NCBI GenBank assembly: GCA_963762145.1
Contig: CAVXJS010000011.1
Location: 256,001-320,000, forward strand
Length of the DNA: 64,000 nucleotides
Direction: 5' to 3'
DNA from: an uncultured Candidatus Rokubacteria bacterium
Lineage (GTDB): Bacteria > Methylomirabilota > Methylomirabilia > Rokubacteriales > CSP1-6
The position numbers were made by a program, and so were the translations under genes. A model generated the notes under the pieces. It worked only from the letters and a program-made list of their open reading frames with translations, was not told the origin of the DNA and searched no databases. Each line of letters starts with the position of its first letter. Position 1 is the first letter of the stretch. Positions 35,408-46,057 of this stretch are shown here, piece by piece.

Positions 35408-36970
35408 TCAGGCTTTATCGAGCCACGCGCCGTCGAAGCCGTAGAGCAGCGTGGTCGGATGCTGCTTGAAGCCCTTGACGCTGGTCTGGGTGAAGTCGAT
35501 GGTCTCGGCCGAGAAGAGCCAGAGGTGCGGGACATTCTCCAGGATCTGGATCTGCACCCGGTCGTAGATCTCCTTGCGCTTCTTCTGGTCCATCGTGCGC
35601 CGGCCCTCTTCGAGCAGCCCGTCCAGGTCCGGCACGCTCCAGCTGTTCCAGTTCTGGCCCTTGGTCGAGTGCAGCGCGCGGAAGAAGGCGGTGTCCGGAT
35701 CCGCGTAGCCCGGGGTCGTGTTCATCGTCATGTCGAAGTCCTTGGCGAGCCACCGCTTGATCCAGATCGCGTACTCGACCTGCTCGATCTCCATCGTGAT
35801 GCCGATGCGCTTGAGCTGGTTGGCGATGACCGGCGCCCCCGCCACCATGGTGGGGAAGGTCGGGATCACCATGCACTTCACGGTGAAGCCCGCGCTCTGG
35901 CCCGCCTCCGCCATCAGCTTCTTCGCCTTCTCGACGTCGGGCTTGTAGTACTTCATCCACGCCTCCTCGGGGAGCTGCCACTGCTTCATCGGGGCGGTCG
36001 CCGGCGCGGTGAGGCGCCCGAAGCCGGCCGCGGCCACCCGTAGCACCTGGCTCCGGTCCACCGCCCAGCTGATGGCCTGGCGCACGCGAACGTCCTTGAG
36101 CGGCCCGCGGGTGGCGGTGATGTTCAGATAGTCGTAGCCGAGGCGGGAGCTGCGGTAGCCGGTGAGGGTCTTCTCGTCCTTGAGCAGGTTGTAGTTCTTG
36201 TTGTCCTCGATGAAGGCGTGGTGGATCTGGCCGGTCCGCAGCGCGGCCACGATGTTGGCCTCGTCCGGGATGACCCGGAGGACCAGCTCGTCCACGTAGG
36301 GGAGGCCCTTCTTCCAGTAGTAGGGGTTCTTCTTCAGCACGAGCTGCTGCTCCACCTTCCAGTCCTCGAACATGAAGGGGCCGGTGCCGAGCGCGGCCTT
36401 GTTGAGGTCGCCGTGCTTCTTGATCCCCGCCTCGCTGATGATGTAGCCCCAGAACCCGCCGAGGGCCGCGAGCAGCCCCGCGAACGGCTCCTTGGTCACG
36501 AACTTCACCCCGTACTTGCCGGCCGGCTCCACCTTGTCCACCGCGATGAAGTCGGACTTGCCGGGCGACTTCTCGAAGAGGCGGTCGAAGGTGAACTTCA
36601 CGTCGGCGGACGTCAGCTCCTGGCCGTCGTGGAACTTCACGCCCTGGCGCAGCTTGAAGGTCCAGGTGAGGGCGTCCTTGCTGATCTCCCACGACTCGGC
36701 CAGCTCCGGATTCGGCGTCATGTTCTCGTCGAGGCGCACGAGCTGGCTGTACATCAGGGGCGAGCGCCGGCTGCGGGAGAGCGCGGGGACGAGCTGCGGG
36801 TCGAGCCCGGTGGCCTCGGTGGCCTGGGCCGAGATCAGGGTGCCGCCCGGCTTCGGCGTCTGGGCCGCGGCGCGGCGGCCGACCGCGAGGGCGCCGAGGG
36901 TGAGGCCGCCCGCCTTGAGGAGCTGGCGACGGCTGAGGTGGGAGCGGGGCGTGCCGTGGTCGTTGGTCAT
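35408..36970 (-). CDS. Tat-exported family 5 ABC substrate-binding protein
   Basis: SRRQLLK; LAESWE, FKLRQGVKFHDG, GTGPF, DVRVRQAIS. Confidence 0.93.
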   Translation of the reverse strand: MTNDHGTPRSHLSRRQLLKAGGLTLGALAVGRRAAAQTPKPGGTLISAQATEATGLDPQLVPALSRSRRSPLMYSQLVRLDENMTPNPELAESWEISKDALTWTFKLRQGVKFHDGQELTSADVKFTFDRLFEKSPGKSDFIAVDKVEPAGKYGVKFVTKEPFAGLLAALGGFWGYIISEAGIKKHGDLNKAALGTGPFMFEDWKVEQQLVLKKNPYYWKKGLPYVDELVLRVIPDEANIVAALRTGQIHHAFIEDNKNYNLLKDEKTLTGYRSSRLGYDYLNITATRGPLKDVRVRQAISWAVDRSQVLRVAAAGFGRLTAPATAPMKQWQLPEEAWMKYYKPDVEKAKKLMAEAGQSAGFTVKCMVIPTFPTMVAGAPVIANQLKRIGITMEIEQVEYAIWIKRWLAKDFDMTMNTTPGYADPDTAFFRALHSTKGQNWNSWSVPDLDGLLEEGRRTMDQKKRKEIYDRVQIQILENVPHLWLFSAETIDFTQTSVKGFKQHPTTLLYGFDGAWLDKA

Positions 36971-36992
36971 GGTCGTTCCTCCTGTGACGGGA

Positions 36993-37880
36993 TCACCGGG
37001 CGCCGGGGTCGAGGACATCGCGCAGCCCGTCGCCCAGCAGATTGAAGGCGAGGACCGTGATCATGATCGCGATGCCCGGGAAGACCGAGATCCACGGCGC
37101 GGTCTCGAGATAGGTCCGTCCCTCGTTCAGCATGTTGCCCCAGGACGGGGTGGGGGGCTGGGCGGAAAGGCCGAGGTAGCTCAGCGACGCCTCGATCAGA
37201 ATGGCCTGCGAGAGGGCCACCGTGCCCTGGACGACGAAGGGGGAGATCACGTTGGGCAGCACGTGCTTGAGCGCGACGACCCAGCGGGTGGCGCCCAGCG
37301 CCCGGATGGCCTCCACGTACTCCTTCTCGCGCTCGGCGAGCACCGGGCCGCGCATGACGCGCGCGAAGAGCGGCACGTAGACCACCGCGATCGCGATCAC
37401 CGCGCTGTTGACGCCGGGGCCGCGCATGGCCGCCACCCCGACCGACAGCAGCAGGCCGGGGATGCTGAAGAAGATGTCGAGCACCCGGTTGATGACGTTG
37501 TCCCAGGCGCCGCCCAGGTACCCGGCGACGAGCCCGAGGATGCCGCCCAGCGCCATCGCCACCACGATCGAGGTCACCGCCACGTAGAGGGAGATGCGCG
37601 TGCCGTGAATCACCCGGCTCAGCACGTCGCGCCCGAAGCGGTCGGTGCCAAAGAGGGCCTGGGCGCTCGGACGGGCCTCGATCAGGTCGAAGTTCTGCTC
37701 GTCGGGGTCGTGCGGCGCGATGGAACCGGCGAACGCGGCCACCAACACGATGAGGGCCACGCACACCGCGCCGGCGACGACCACGACGCTGTGGGTGACG
37801 CGGCGGAGCTGGCGGCTCCATCGAAGTCGGTGTGGCGCGACGGTCGCCGTGCCGAGCACCCCTTCGGACCTGACTTCCAC
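36993..37880 (-). CDS. Peptide/nickel ABC permease (DppC/OppC-like)
   Basis: FGTDRFGRDVLSR, YVEAIRALGA, HVLPN, EASLSYLG, FNLLGDGLRDVLDP. Confidence 0.93.
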   Translation of the reverse strand: MEVRSEGVLGTATVAPHRLRWSRQLRRVTHSVVVVAGAVCVALIVLVAAFAGSIAPHDPDEQNFDLIEARPSAQALFGTDRFGRDVLSRVIHGTRISLYVAVTSIVVAMALGGILGLVAGYLGGAWDNVINRVLDIFFSIPGLLLSVGVAAMRGPGVNSAVIAIAVVYVPLFARVMRGPVLAEREKEYVEAIRALGATRWVVALKHVLPNVISPFVVQGTVALSQAILIEASLSYLGLSAQPPTPSWGNMLNEGRTYLETAPWISVFPGIAIMITVLAFNLLGDGLRDVLDPGAR

Positions 37881-37982
37881 GGGGGAACACTAGGCTCTGG
37901 GCCCCCCCCTGTCAAGCGGGACCCCCGGGGGGACGGGGAAACATGGGCGGTGGTTAATTGTTTACGGATTATGATCATTCCG

Positions 37983-38780
37983 ATGCGATTGCACATCCTG
38001 GCCGCGGTCCTCGGCGTGCTCGCCACGGCCGGCGGGGCAGGGGCCCAGCCCCCCGACACCGTGCTCCTCGAGGAGCTGACCTGGACGGAGGTCCGCGACG
38101 CGGTCCGCGCGGGCAAGACGACCATCATCATCCCGGCCGGCGGCACCGAGCAGAACGGGCCGCACATGGCGCTGGGCAAGCACAACGCGCGGGTGCGGGT
38201 GCTCTCCCAGGACATCGCGCGGCAGCTCGGCGACGCGCTGGTCGCGCCGGTGATCGCCTACGTGCCCGAGGGCGGCGTGGCCCCGCCCACCGGTCACATG
38301 CGCTATGCGGGCACGATCACCGCGCCGGACGAGGCGTTCCAGAAAGTGCTCGAGTTCGCGGCCCGCAGCTTCAAGCCGCACGGCTTCCGGAACGTCGTCC
38401 TGCTCGGCGACCACGGCTCGACCCAGACCGGGCAGAAGGCGGTGGCGGCGCGACTCAACCGCGAGTGGGCGGGCACCGGGGTGCGGGTGCACGCGATCGA
38501 GGAGTACTACCGGGTCGGGGAGATCGACGTGCCGCGGCTGCTCCGCGCGCGCGGCTACACCGAGGCCGAGCTGGGGCGCCACGCCGGGCTCACCGACACC
38601 GCGCTGATGCTGGCCACCGACGCGCGCATGGTCCGCGCGGACCGCCTGCGTCCCGGCAGCCCGGGGGACGGGGTGGACGGCGACCCGACCCGCGCCACCG
38701 CCGAGCTGGGGCGGCCGGGCGTCGAGCTGATCGTGAGCCGGACCGTGGACGCGGTCCGGAAATCCATCACGCATCGCTGA
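37983..38780 (+). CDS. Exported creatininase-family amidohydrolase
   Basis: EELTWTEV, GGTEQNGPHM, LGDHG, HAGLTDT. Confidence 0.85.
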   Translation: MRLHILAAVLGVLATAGGAGAQPPDTVLLEELTWTEVRDAVRAGKTTIIIPAGGTEQNGPHMALGKHNARVRVLSQDIARQLGDALVAPVIAYVPEGGVAPPTGHMRYAGTITAPDEAFQKVLEFAARSFKPHGFRNVVLLGDHGSTQTGQKAVAARLNREWAGTGVRVHAIEEYYRVGEIDVPRLLRARGYTEAELGRHAGLTDTALMLATDARMVRADRLRPGSPGDGVDGDPTRATAELGRPGVELIVSRTVDAVRKSITHR

Positions 38781-38793
38781 GGAGACGACACGC

Positions 38794-39945
38794 ATGATTC
38801 CCATGCTGCGCTGGATCGCTTCGATCGTCGGCCTGTGGGCCGGGGTGGCCGCCGCGCAGGGCGCGCGCCCCGTCGAGACCGTGCCCGGCATGCCGCCGGT
38901 GCCGGATCCCACCAACCTGTACAGCGAGACCCGATCGGACAAGATGAGCCCCGCGGTGGCGGGGGCGCTGTCGCGCATCTACGTGCCCAACCGGCGGGGC
39001 AACGACGTCACCGTGATCGATCCGGCCACCATGAAGGTGGTGGGCACCTTCCCGGTGGGCATCAACCCGCAGCACGTGGTGCCCTCGTGGGACATGAAGA
39101 CGCTCTGGGTGACCAACAACGCGGAAGGGCGGCCCGACGGCAGCCTGACCCCCATCGATCCCACCACCGGCAAGCCGGGCAAGACCATCATGGTCGAGGA
39201 CCCGTACAACATGTACTTCACGCCGGACGGCAAGTCCGCGATCGTGGTCGCGGAGGCGCTCAAGCGACTCGACTTCCGGGATCCCCAGACGATGGCGATG
39301 CAGTACTCGATCGCGGTGCCCGGCTGCAAGGGCATCAATCACGCCGACTTCTCCATCGACGGGCGGATCGCCATCTTCACCTGCGAGTTCCAGGGCAGCC
39401 TCGCCCGCATCGACCTCGTCAACCGGAAGGTGCTGGGCTACCTCAAGCTCTCGCGGGGCGGGATGCCCCAGGACATCCGCAGCTCGCCCGACGGCAGCGC
39501 CTACTTCGTGGCGGACATGAAGGCGGGCGGCGTCTTCGTGGTGGACGGCGCCACCTTCACCGAGACCGCGTTCATCAAGACCGGGATCGGCACCCACGGG
39601 CTGTATCCGAGCCGCGACGGCACCAAGCTCTACGTGGCCAACCGCGGCAGCTCGCACGTCTACGGGCCGCCCAAGGGCAAGGGGAGCGTCTCGGTGCTCG
39701 ACTTCGCCACGCGCCAGATCGTGGCTACGTGGACGGTCCCGGGCGGGGGCAGCCCCGACATGGGCAACGTGAGCATCGACGGCAAGGTGCTGTGGCTCTC
39801 CGGGCGCTTCGACGACCTGGTCTACGCCATCGACACCACCAGCGGCGAGGTGCGCAGCATCCGCGTCGGCAAGGAGCCGCACGGCCTCACGGTGTGGCCG
39901 CAGCCGGGGCGCTACTCCCTGGGCCACACCGGCAACATGCGCTGA
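38794..39945 (+). CDS. Exported YncE/YVTN-type beta-propeller protein
   Basis: Signal peptide; repeated YVPN/VTVID/VG..P and SPDG blades. Confidence 0.85.
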   Translation: MIPMLRWIASIVGLWAGVAAAQGARPVETVPGMPPVPDPTNLYSETRSDKMSPAVAGALSRIYVPNRRGNDVTVIDPATMKVVGTFPVGINPQHVVPSWDMKTLWVTNNAEGRPDGSLTPIDPTTGKPGKTIMVEDPYNMYFTPDGKSAIVVAEALKRLDFRDPQTMAMQYSIAVPGCKGINHADFSIDGRIAIFTCEFQGSLARIDLVNRKVLGYLKLSRGGMPQDIRSSPDGSAYFVADMKAGGVFVVDGATFTETAFIKTGIGTHGLYPSRDGTKLYVANRGSSHVYGPPKGKGSVSVLDFATRQIVATWTVPGGGSPDMGNVSIDGKVLWLSGRFDDLVYAIDTTSGEVRSIRVGKEPHGLTVWPQPGRYSLGHTGNMR

Positions 39946-40075
39946 GGCGGCCGCTGATAAGGGCCCATCTGCGAAAGTGCGGGGCCCTCGGCCGCACGCT
40001 CGACGTAGAGGGACTATGCCTCGCGTGCGGTCCTTCGGGCCCCGCCTCGCAGCTGGACCCTTCTCAGCGCCCGCC
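39946..40075. repeat. Long imperfect palindrome (about 130 bp), REP/MITE-like
   Basis: Nested arms: GCTGATAAGGGCCCATCTGCGA with TCGCAGCTGGACCCTTCTCAGC (19/22), GCGGGGCCC with GGGCCCCGC, CCGCACGC with GCGTGCGG. Confidence 0.75.
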
Positions 40076-40079
40076 TTGA

Positions 40080-41283
40080 GAGGGACTCGGCGTGAGGTGC
40101 TCAAGCTGAAGAGGATCCAGCTCAGCGCGACCGCGATTGGGGCCGCGCCGAAGGGGATGGTGTAGGACCCGGTCAGGTCGTAGAGGAAGCCCGCCGCCGC
40201 GGGGCCGATCGCGGCGCCCAGGCGCCAGCCGAGGGTCAGGACCCCCATGATGGCCCCGATGGCGCGCACCCCGAACACTTCCGGGATCACCTTCGCGACC
40301 ATGGTGTCGGAGGCGGCGAAGCCGGCGCCGAACAGCACCAGCGAGGCGAGCAGCGCGGCGCGCGACGGGAACCACAGCAGGGTGACCAGCGCGACGATCT
40401 CGATCACGTAGGCGGTCCCGATGGTCGCGCGGGTGCCGAGCCGGTCGGACACGAATCCCGCGGTGAGCCGTCCCACCACCGAGCCGATCCCGTAGGCGGT
40501 CAGGGCGAACGAGGCGTCGGCCAGGCTCACGCCCCGATCCCGCGCGAACGGCACCGCGTGGACCGAGATCATGATGGCCAGCCCGCCGAGCAGGAGCCAG
40601 GAGAGGTTGAGGCCCCACTGCCGCGGATCTCGCAGCGATTGCCGCAGCGTCATGCCGTCGGGCGGCGCGCCCGCGGGGCCGGTCGGCGCGCGCAGCAGGT
40701 CTCGCCGCTCGGCGCCGTGCGGCAGACGCACCGTGATGGCCGCGCAGAAGCTCAGCAGCCCGCAGCCGCCGCCGAGGACCCAGTACGCGGCGCGCCAGCC
40801 GAGCTTGAGGATGAGCCACGCGGCGAGCGGCCCGCCCGTGATGTATCCGAGATTGAAGCCCACCAGCACCAGGGCCAGCGCGAGCCCGCGTCGCTCGTCG
40901 AACCAGTGGGTGACCGTCGCAGTGCTGAGCAGGTAGAAGCTCGACATCCCGATCCCGCCCAGGAGCCCGATGAGGAGGTAGAGCTGCCAGAGGGCGCTCA
41001 CCACCGAGACGAGCGCGAAGGCGGCGCCGGCAAGCGTGACCGTCACCACGAGCAGCAGGCGCGGCCCGCGGCGATCCGCGAGCGCGCCGACGCCGAAGCC
41101 GGCCACGCCGCCGACCAGCAGGTTGACCGAGATCGCGGCCGAGATCGCGCCGCGGGTCCAGCCGAAGTGCTCGGCGAGGACGGGCAGGAAGACGCCGTAG
41201 GCGGCCAGTGGCGTCGAGATGCCGTAGGTCACCACGAAGAGCGCCGCCACGATCAGCCAGCGGCGGGTGCTCGGGCGCGCCAT
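40080..41283 (-). CDS. MFS transporter (OFA/MCT-like); no stop codon at the expected end
   Basis: Multiple TM segments, GALADRRGPR, WFDERRGLA, GFVSDRLG; the frame stays open to 38767. End position approximate. Confidence 0.85.
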
Positions 41284-41299
41284 CAGGTCGCGACCGGAA

Positions 41300-41785
41300 T
41301 CAGGTCGGTCGCTTTCGCCGCAGCAGGTAGCGGTGCTCGCCTTCCATCACCAGGTCGCCGGCCTGGTTGTGCACGGTGGCGCGCATGACGACCACTCCGG
41401 TGGTGCGGCCCGGCTCGAGCGCGGTGATGGTGAGCGCGGGATACACCGTGTCCCCCACGTAGACCGGCTTGAGGAAGCGGGACGACTGCTCGAGGAACGC
41501 GATCAGCGACTCGCCGATCCCGTGCGGGAACATGCCCGCGCCCGCGGCGGCCTGCGCGGTGATTAGGAGCCCGTGGGCGAGCAGGTCGCGATGGCCGTGG
41601 GCGTGGCAGTACTCGCGGTCGTAGTGGATCGGGTGGTTGTCGGCGGAGGCGAGCTGGAAGGCGGCGAAGAGGGCCTCGGTCATGGTGCGCGAGGGATTGA
41701 GGAAGCGCTCCCCCAGCTGTAGATCTTCGAACCAGCGCGGCTCGGCGAGCCGGTGCGCGCCCGGACTGAAGGCCGGATCGGGCAT
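41300..41785 (-). CDS. MaoC-family dehydratase
   Basis: WFEDL, SADNHPIHYD, LAHG, FLKPVYVGDT. Confidence 0.88.
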   Translation of the reverse strand: MPDPAFSPGAHRLAEPRWFEDLQLGERFLNPSRTMTEALFAAFQLASADNHPIHYDREYCHAHGHRDLLAHGLLITAQAAAGAGMFPHGIGESLIAFLEQSSRFLKPVYVGDTVYPALTITALEPGRTTGVVVMRATVHNQAGDLVMEGEHRYLLRRKRPT

Positions 41786-41805
41786 GACCGAAGTTCTCGG
41801 CCGCG

Positions 41806-43000
41806 CTAGCGCGCCGGCGCGGGCGCGGCGGCGGGCGCGGAGGACGGGATGCGTCCCGGCAGCAGCGAGACGAAGAGCGTGGTGAGCGACGAGATGCCCG
41901 CCATCACCAGCAGCAGCGTGGTGAAGCCCGCCGCCTTGACCGTCGGCCCCAGCAGGTAGACCGCGAGCGCGCTGACCCCGAAGGAGACCGCGAGGCGCAT
42001 GCCGGCTACCCGGGAGCGCATCCGATCGTCCACGTACTGCACGATCATGGCGTCCACGAACGGGATGGCCCCGAACACGACCACCATGAACAGGAGCATG
42101 AGGGCGTAGAGTCGCCCAGCCCTCCGAGTGCGCGGCGAGGGCGAAGAGCGGGATCTGCATGGCCACGATCGGCAGGTAGACGTACTTGAGCGGGTAGCGA
42201 TCGATCAGCTTCCCGACCACGAGCTGGGCGAGCGAGGCGATCGCGTAGACCACCGCGAGCAGGATGCCGAGGGTGGCCGGATTGTCCACCAGGCCGCGGA
42301 GCCGCTCGGCCAGGAGCTGGTTGTTCCCGTTGGTGGTGAAGTTGAAGATCATGCTGCTCGACACCGCGGCCAGCGACATCACGAGGAAGATCCGCGCCAT
42401 GAGCGCGGGCGGCAGATCCACCTGGCGCCTGGGCTTCTTGGCGGGCGCGGTCTCCTCGCGCGGAACCACGAGCGCGAAGGTGATGCCGCACGCGATGGAG
42501 AGCAGGGATGGCACCGCGAAGGCCATGCGCCAGCCCGCTTGCTGGACCAGGAAGCCGGTCAGGATCGCCGCGAACGCGATGCCCAGGTTGCCCGCGAGCC
42601 CGTTGAGCCCGATGGTGAAGCCCGGACGCGTCGAGTTCTGCACGATCATCGGGATGCCAACCGGATGGTAGATGGAGGCGAACGCTCCCATGACGGTGAG
42701 CGCGACCGCGAGCTGCCAGGGCCGCTGGGCGGTCGCCACCACCAGCCCGGCCGCGCCGAGGCCGAGGAAGAAGATGATCATCATGGCGCGCCGACCCCAG
42801 AGGTCGCCCAGGCGGCCCGCGGGGAGCGAGCCCAGCCCGAACATGACGAAGGCTCCCACCGTGTAGGGCATCAGGTCCTGCCAGGCCATGCCCCACTGCA
42901 GCGCGATCGTCGACACCGCGGTGGCGAAGATCAGCAGGAAGAGGTGATCCATCGCGTGGCCGACGTTGAGGAGGAGCGCGGTGGGGCTCGTGTTCGACAT
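41806..43000 (-). pseudogene. MFS transporter, frameshifted near 42105
   Basis: GHAMDH, GRLGDLWGRR, SIYHPVG; the final TM segments are in ORF 41806-42099. Confidence 0.78.
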
Positions 43001-43144
43001 GGGGCCTTTGGTCTCCGCTACGTTGCGGGATGGCAGCGCTTGGCGTAGAGCATACCGTAGGGCGCGGCCCGACGCGCGGTCATTTGGCGGGACCGCCGGA
43101 CGCGCCGGCTTGACGCCGCGTGACGGGGCCGCGATACTCCCTGC

Positions 43145-43726
43145 ATGCTCGGCGACGACGGCCTCGACCTGCTCTTCCGCGACGCGCGCACCCACAAGGC
43201 ATGGCTCGACCGGCCGGTGCCGGAGGAGCTGCTGCGCCGGGTCTACGACCTGGCGCGGCTCGGGCCCACCAGCGCCAACTGCAGCCCGATGCGCCTGCTC
43301 TTCGTGACGTCCCGCGAGGCCAAGGAGCGCCTGCGGCCCGCGCTCACGCCGGGCAACGTGGACAAGACCATGCAGGCGCCGGTGACCGCGATCGTCGGCC
43401 ACGCGGTGGAGTTCTACGACGAGCTGCCGCGCCTGTTCCCGGCCGCCGACATGCGCGCCAACTTCGTGGGCAAGCCCGAGTTCGCCGCCGCGACCGCGTT
43501 CCGCAACGGCAGCCTCCAGGGCGCCTACCTCATGCTGGCCGCGCGCGCCCTCGGCCTCGACTGCGGGGCGATGTCCGGCTTCGACAACGCCAAGGTGGAC
43601 GCCGCGTTCTTTCCCGACGGGCGAGTGAAGTCGAACTTCCTGTGCAACCTGGGTCACGGTGACGCGAGCAAGCTCACTCCGCGCGGGCCGCGCCTGTCGT
43701 TCGACGAGGCCTGCCGCATCCTGTAG
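43145..43726 (+). CDS. rutE: Nitroreductase family, malonic semialdehyde reductase RutE-like
   Basis: [46 protein letters not shown]. Confidence 0.85.
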   Translation: MLGDDGLDLLFRDARTHKAWLDRPVPEELLRRVYDLARLGPTSANCSPMRLLFVTSREAKERLRPALTPGNVDKTMQAPVTAIVGHAVEFYDELPRLFPAADMRANFVGKPEFAAATAFRNGSLQGAYLMLAARALGLDCGAMSGFDNAKVDAAFFPDGRVKSNFLCNLGHGDASKLTPRGPRLSFDEACRIL

Positions 43727-43741
43727 GAGGACGATCCGATC

Positions 43742-46057
43742 ATGGCATCCAAGCTCCTCGGAGCCCACGTCAAGCGCAAGGAAGACCCGCGCCTGATCAC
43801 CGGCGTGTCGCAGTACGTGGCCGACATCGCGATGCCGGGCCTGCAGCACGTGGCCTTCGTGCGGAGCCCGCACGCGCACGCGCGCGTCCGGGGGATCAAG
43901 CACGCGGCCGCCGCGAAGGTGCCGGGGGTGGTGGCGGTGGTGACCGGCCAGGATCTCAAGGCCCACTTCGCGCCGATCCCGGTCGCGACCGCGTCGGCCG
44001 AGGGCGGCGCGGCGGGCGAGATCAAGCTCGGGCGCCAGCACTACCCGCTCTCGCTGGATCGCGTGCGCTACGTGGGCGAGCCGGTGGCCGCGGTGATCGG
44101 CCTCTCGCCCGAGGCCGCGACGGACGCGGCCGCCCTCGTCGAGGTGGACTGGGAGCCGCTGCCCGCGGTGGCCGATCCGTTCGCCGCGATGGCGGACGGG
44201 GCGCCCCAGCTCTTCGACGACGCGCCGAAGAACATCGAGCACACCAACATCATCAAGGCGGGCGACCCCGACGCGGCGTTCGCCAAGGCGCACCGGGTGG
44301 TCAAGCAGCGGATGAACAGCCAGCGGCTCTCCGGCATCCCGATGGAGACGCGTGCGGTGCTCGCCGCGCCCGACTTCGCGAGCGGCGGGCTCACGGTGTG
44401 GGCGACCCACCAGGCCCCCCACGTGCTCCGGGGCGGGCTGGCCGACGCGCTCCGCATGCCCCAGAACCAGATCCGGGTGATCTGCCCGGAGGTCGGCGGG
44501 GGCTTCGGGGTGAAGTTCGGCACGTATCCCGAGGACGTGACCGTCGCCGCGCTCGCGAAGCTGCGGCGCGTTCCGCTGCGCTGGATCGAGAGCCGGGTCG
44601 AGCACATGACCGGCACCACCCACGGCCGCGCCCAGATGACCGACCTGGAGGCCGCGGTGGACGCGGAGGGTCGCATCGACGGCCTGCGCATGCACGTGGT
44701 GGCCGACATCGGGGCCTACCCGATCTTCACGTTCATCCCCGATCTCACCCTGATGATGGGCGTCGGCGTGTATCACGTGAAGAACGTGGAGCTCAAGAGC
44801 ACGTGCGTGTTCACCAACACCACGTCGGTGGCGGCCTACCGCGGCGCGGGCCGGCCCGAGGCCGCCTACTACCTCGAGCGGCTGGTGGACTGCATCGCGC
44901 TGGAGCTGGGCAGGCCGCCGGAGGAGGTCCGGCGGGTCAACTTCATCCCGCCGGGCGCGTTCCCCTACGCCGCGCCCACCGGACAGAACTACGACAGCGG
45001 CGAGTACGCCCGCGCGCTGGCCAAGAGCCTCGAGGTGTCGAAGTACACCGCCCTCCGCGCCGAGCAGCGCAAGCGGATCGAAACCAACGACCGCAAGTTG
45101 CTCGGCATCGGCATGGCCTGCTACGTCGAGATGTGTGGCTTCGGACCTTACGAGAGCGCGATGATCCGGGTGGAGCCGAGCGGCACGGTGACCGCCTACA
45201 CCGGCGCGTCCGCGCACGGGCAGGGGCACGAGACCACGTTCGCCCAGCTCATCGCGGACTACCTGGGGGTGGACTTCGATCAGGTGATCGTGCGCCACGG
45301 CGACACCACCGGCGCGCCGATGGGCTTCGGCACCGGCGGCAGCCGCAGCCTGGTGGTCGGCGGCTCGGCGATGGTGAAGGCGGCCGAGAAGGTGCAGGAG
45401 CGCGCCCGCCGCATCGCGGCCGCGGATCTCGAGGCGGCGTTCGAGGACGTGGTGGTCACGGACGGGCGCTACCACGTCAAGGGCTCGCCGGCCAAGAGCC
45501 TGACCCTGGCCAAAATCGCGGAGAAGGCCTACGGCGAGGGGCTGCCCGCCGGGATGGAGCCGGGGCTCGAGGCCACCGAGTACTTCCGCCCGCCGCAGCT
45601 CGTCTATCCCTTCGGCGCGCACGTGGCGGTGGTGGAGGTGGAGCGCGACACCGGCCGGGTCACGCTACGCGATTTCATCTCGGTCGACGACTGCGGCGTG
45701 CGCGTCAGCCCGCTCCTGGTGGACGGGCAGGTGCACGGCGGCATCGCGCAGGGCGTCGCCCAGTCGCTGCTCGAGGAAGTGGTCTACAGCGAGGACGGCC
45801 AGCTGGTGACCGGCTCGCTCATGGACTACGCGGTGCCGCGCGCGGAGGACGTGCCGTTCTTCACGACCGAGCAGACCGTCACGCCCTCGCCCTTCAACCC
45901 GCTGGGCGCGAAGGGCATCGGCGAGGCGGCCACGATCGGCTCCACGCCCGCGGTGGTCAACGCGGTGGTGGACGCGTTGAAGCCCTTCGGCGTGCGCCAT
46001 CTCGACATGCCCCTCCGCCCCGAGCGGGTGTGGCGGGCGATGCAGAAGGCCAGCTAG
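43742..46057 (+). CDS. Xanthine dehydrogenase-family Mo-binding subunit, form II CoxL-like
   Basis: RKEDPRLITG, VGGGFGVK, AYRGAGRPE, GQGHET, GQVHGG, GAKGIGE. Confidence 0.92.
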   Translation: MASKLLGAHVKRKEDPRLITGVSQYVADIAMPGLQHVAFVRSPHAHARVRGIKHAAAAKVPGVVAVVTGQDLKAHFAPIPVATASAEGGAAGEIKLGRQHYPLSLDRVRYVGEPVAAVIGLSPEAATDAAALVEVDWEPLPAVADPFAAMADGAPQLFDDAPKNIEHTNIIKAGDPDAAFAKAHRVVKQRMNSQRLSGIPMETRAVLAAPDFASGGLTVWATHQAPHVLRGGLADALRMPQNQIRVICPEVGGGFGVKFGTYPEDVTVAALAKLRRVPLRWIESRVEHMTGTTHGRAQMTDLEAAVDAEGRIDGLRMHVVADIGAYPIFTFIPDLTLMMGVGVYHVKNVELKSTCVFTNTTSVAAYRGAGRPEAAYYLERLVDCIALELGRPPEEVRRVNFIPPGAFPYAAPTGQNYDSGEYARALAKSLEVSKYTALRAEQRKRIETNDRKLLGIGMACYVEMCGFGPYESAMIRVEPSGTVTAYTGASAHGQGHETTFAQLIADYLGVDFDQVIVRHGDTTGAPMGFGTGGSRSLVVGGSAMVKAAEKVQERARRIAAADLEAAFEDVVVTDGRYHVKGSPAKSLTLAKIAEKAYGEGLPAGMEPGLEATEYFRPPQLVYPFGAHVAVVEVERDTGRVTLRDFISVDDCGVRVSPLLVDGQVHGGIAQGVAQSLLEEVVYSEDGQLVTGSLMDYAVPRAEDVPFFTTEQTVTPSPFNPLGAKGIGEAATIGSTPAVVNAVVDALKPFGVRHLDMPLRPERVWRAMQKAS

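Noticed and set aside
38767-40079. C-terminal half of the 838-aa MFS ORF as a real domain
   Set aside because: It is antisense to the well-supported beta-propeller gene and results from the missing stop.
41300-45622. 1440-aa minus-strand ORF
   Set aside because: It is the antisense shadow of the coxL-like and rutE genes, joined to the frameshifted MFS and the MaoC gene; not one protein.
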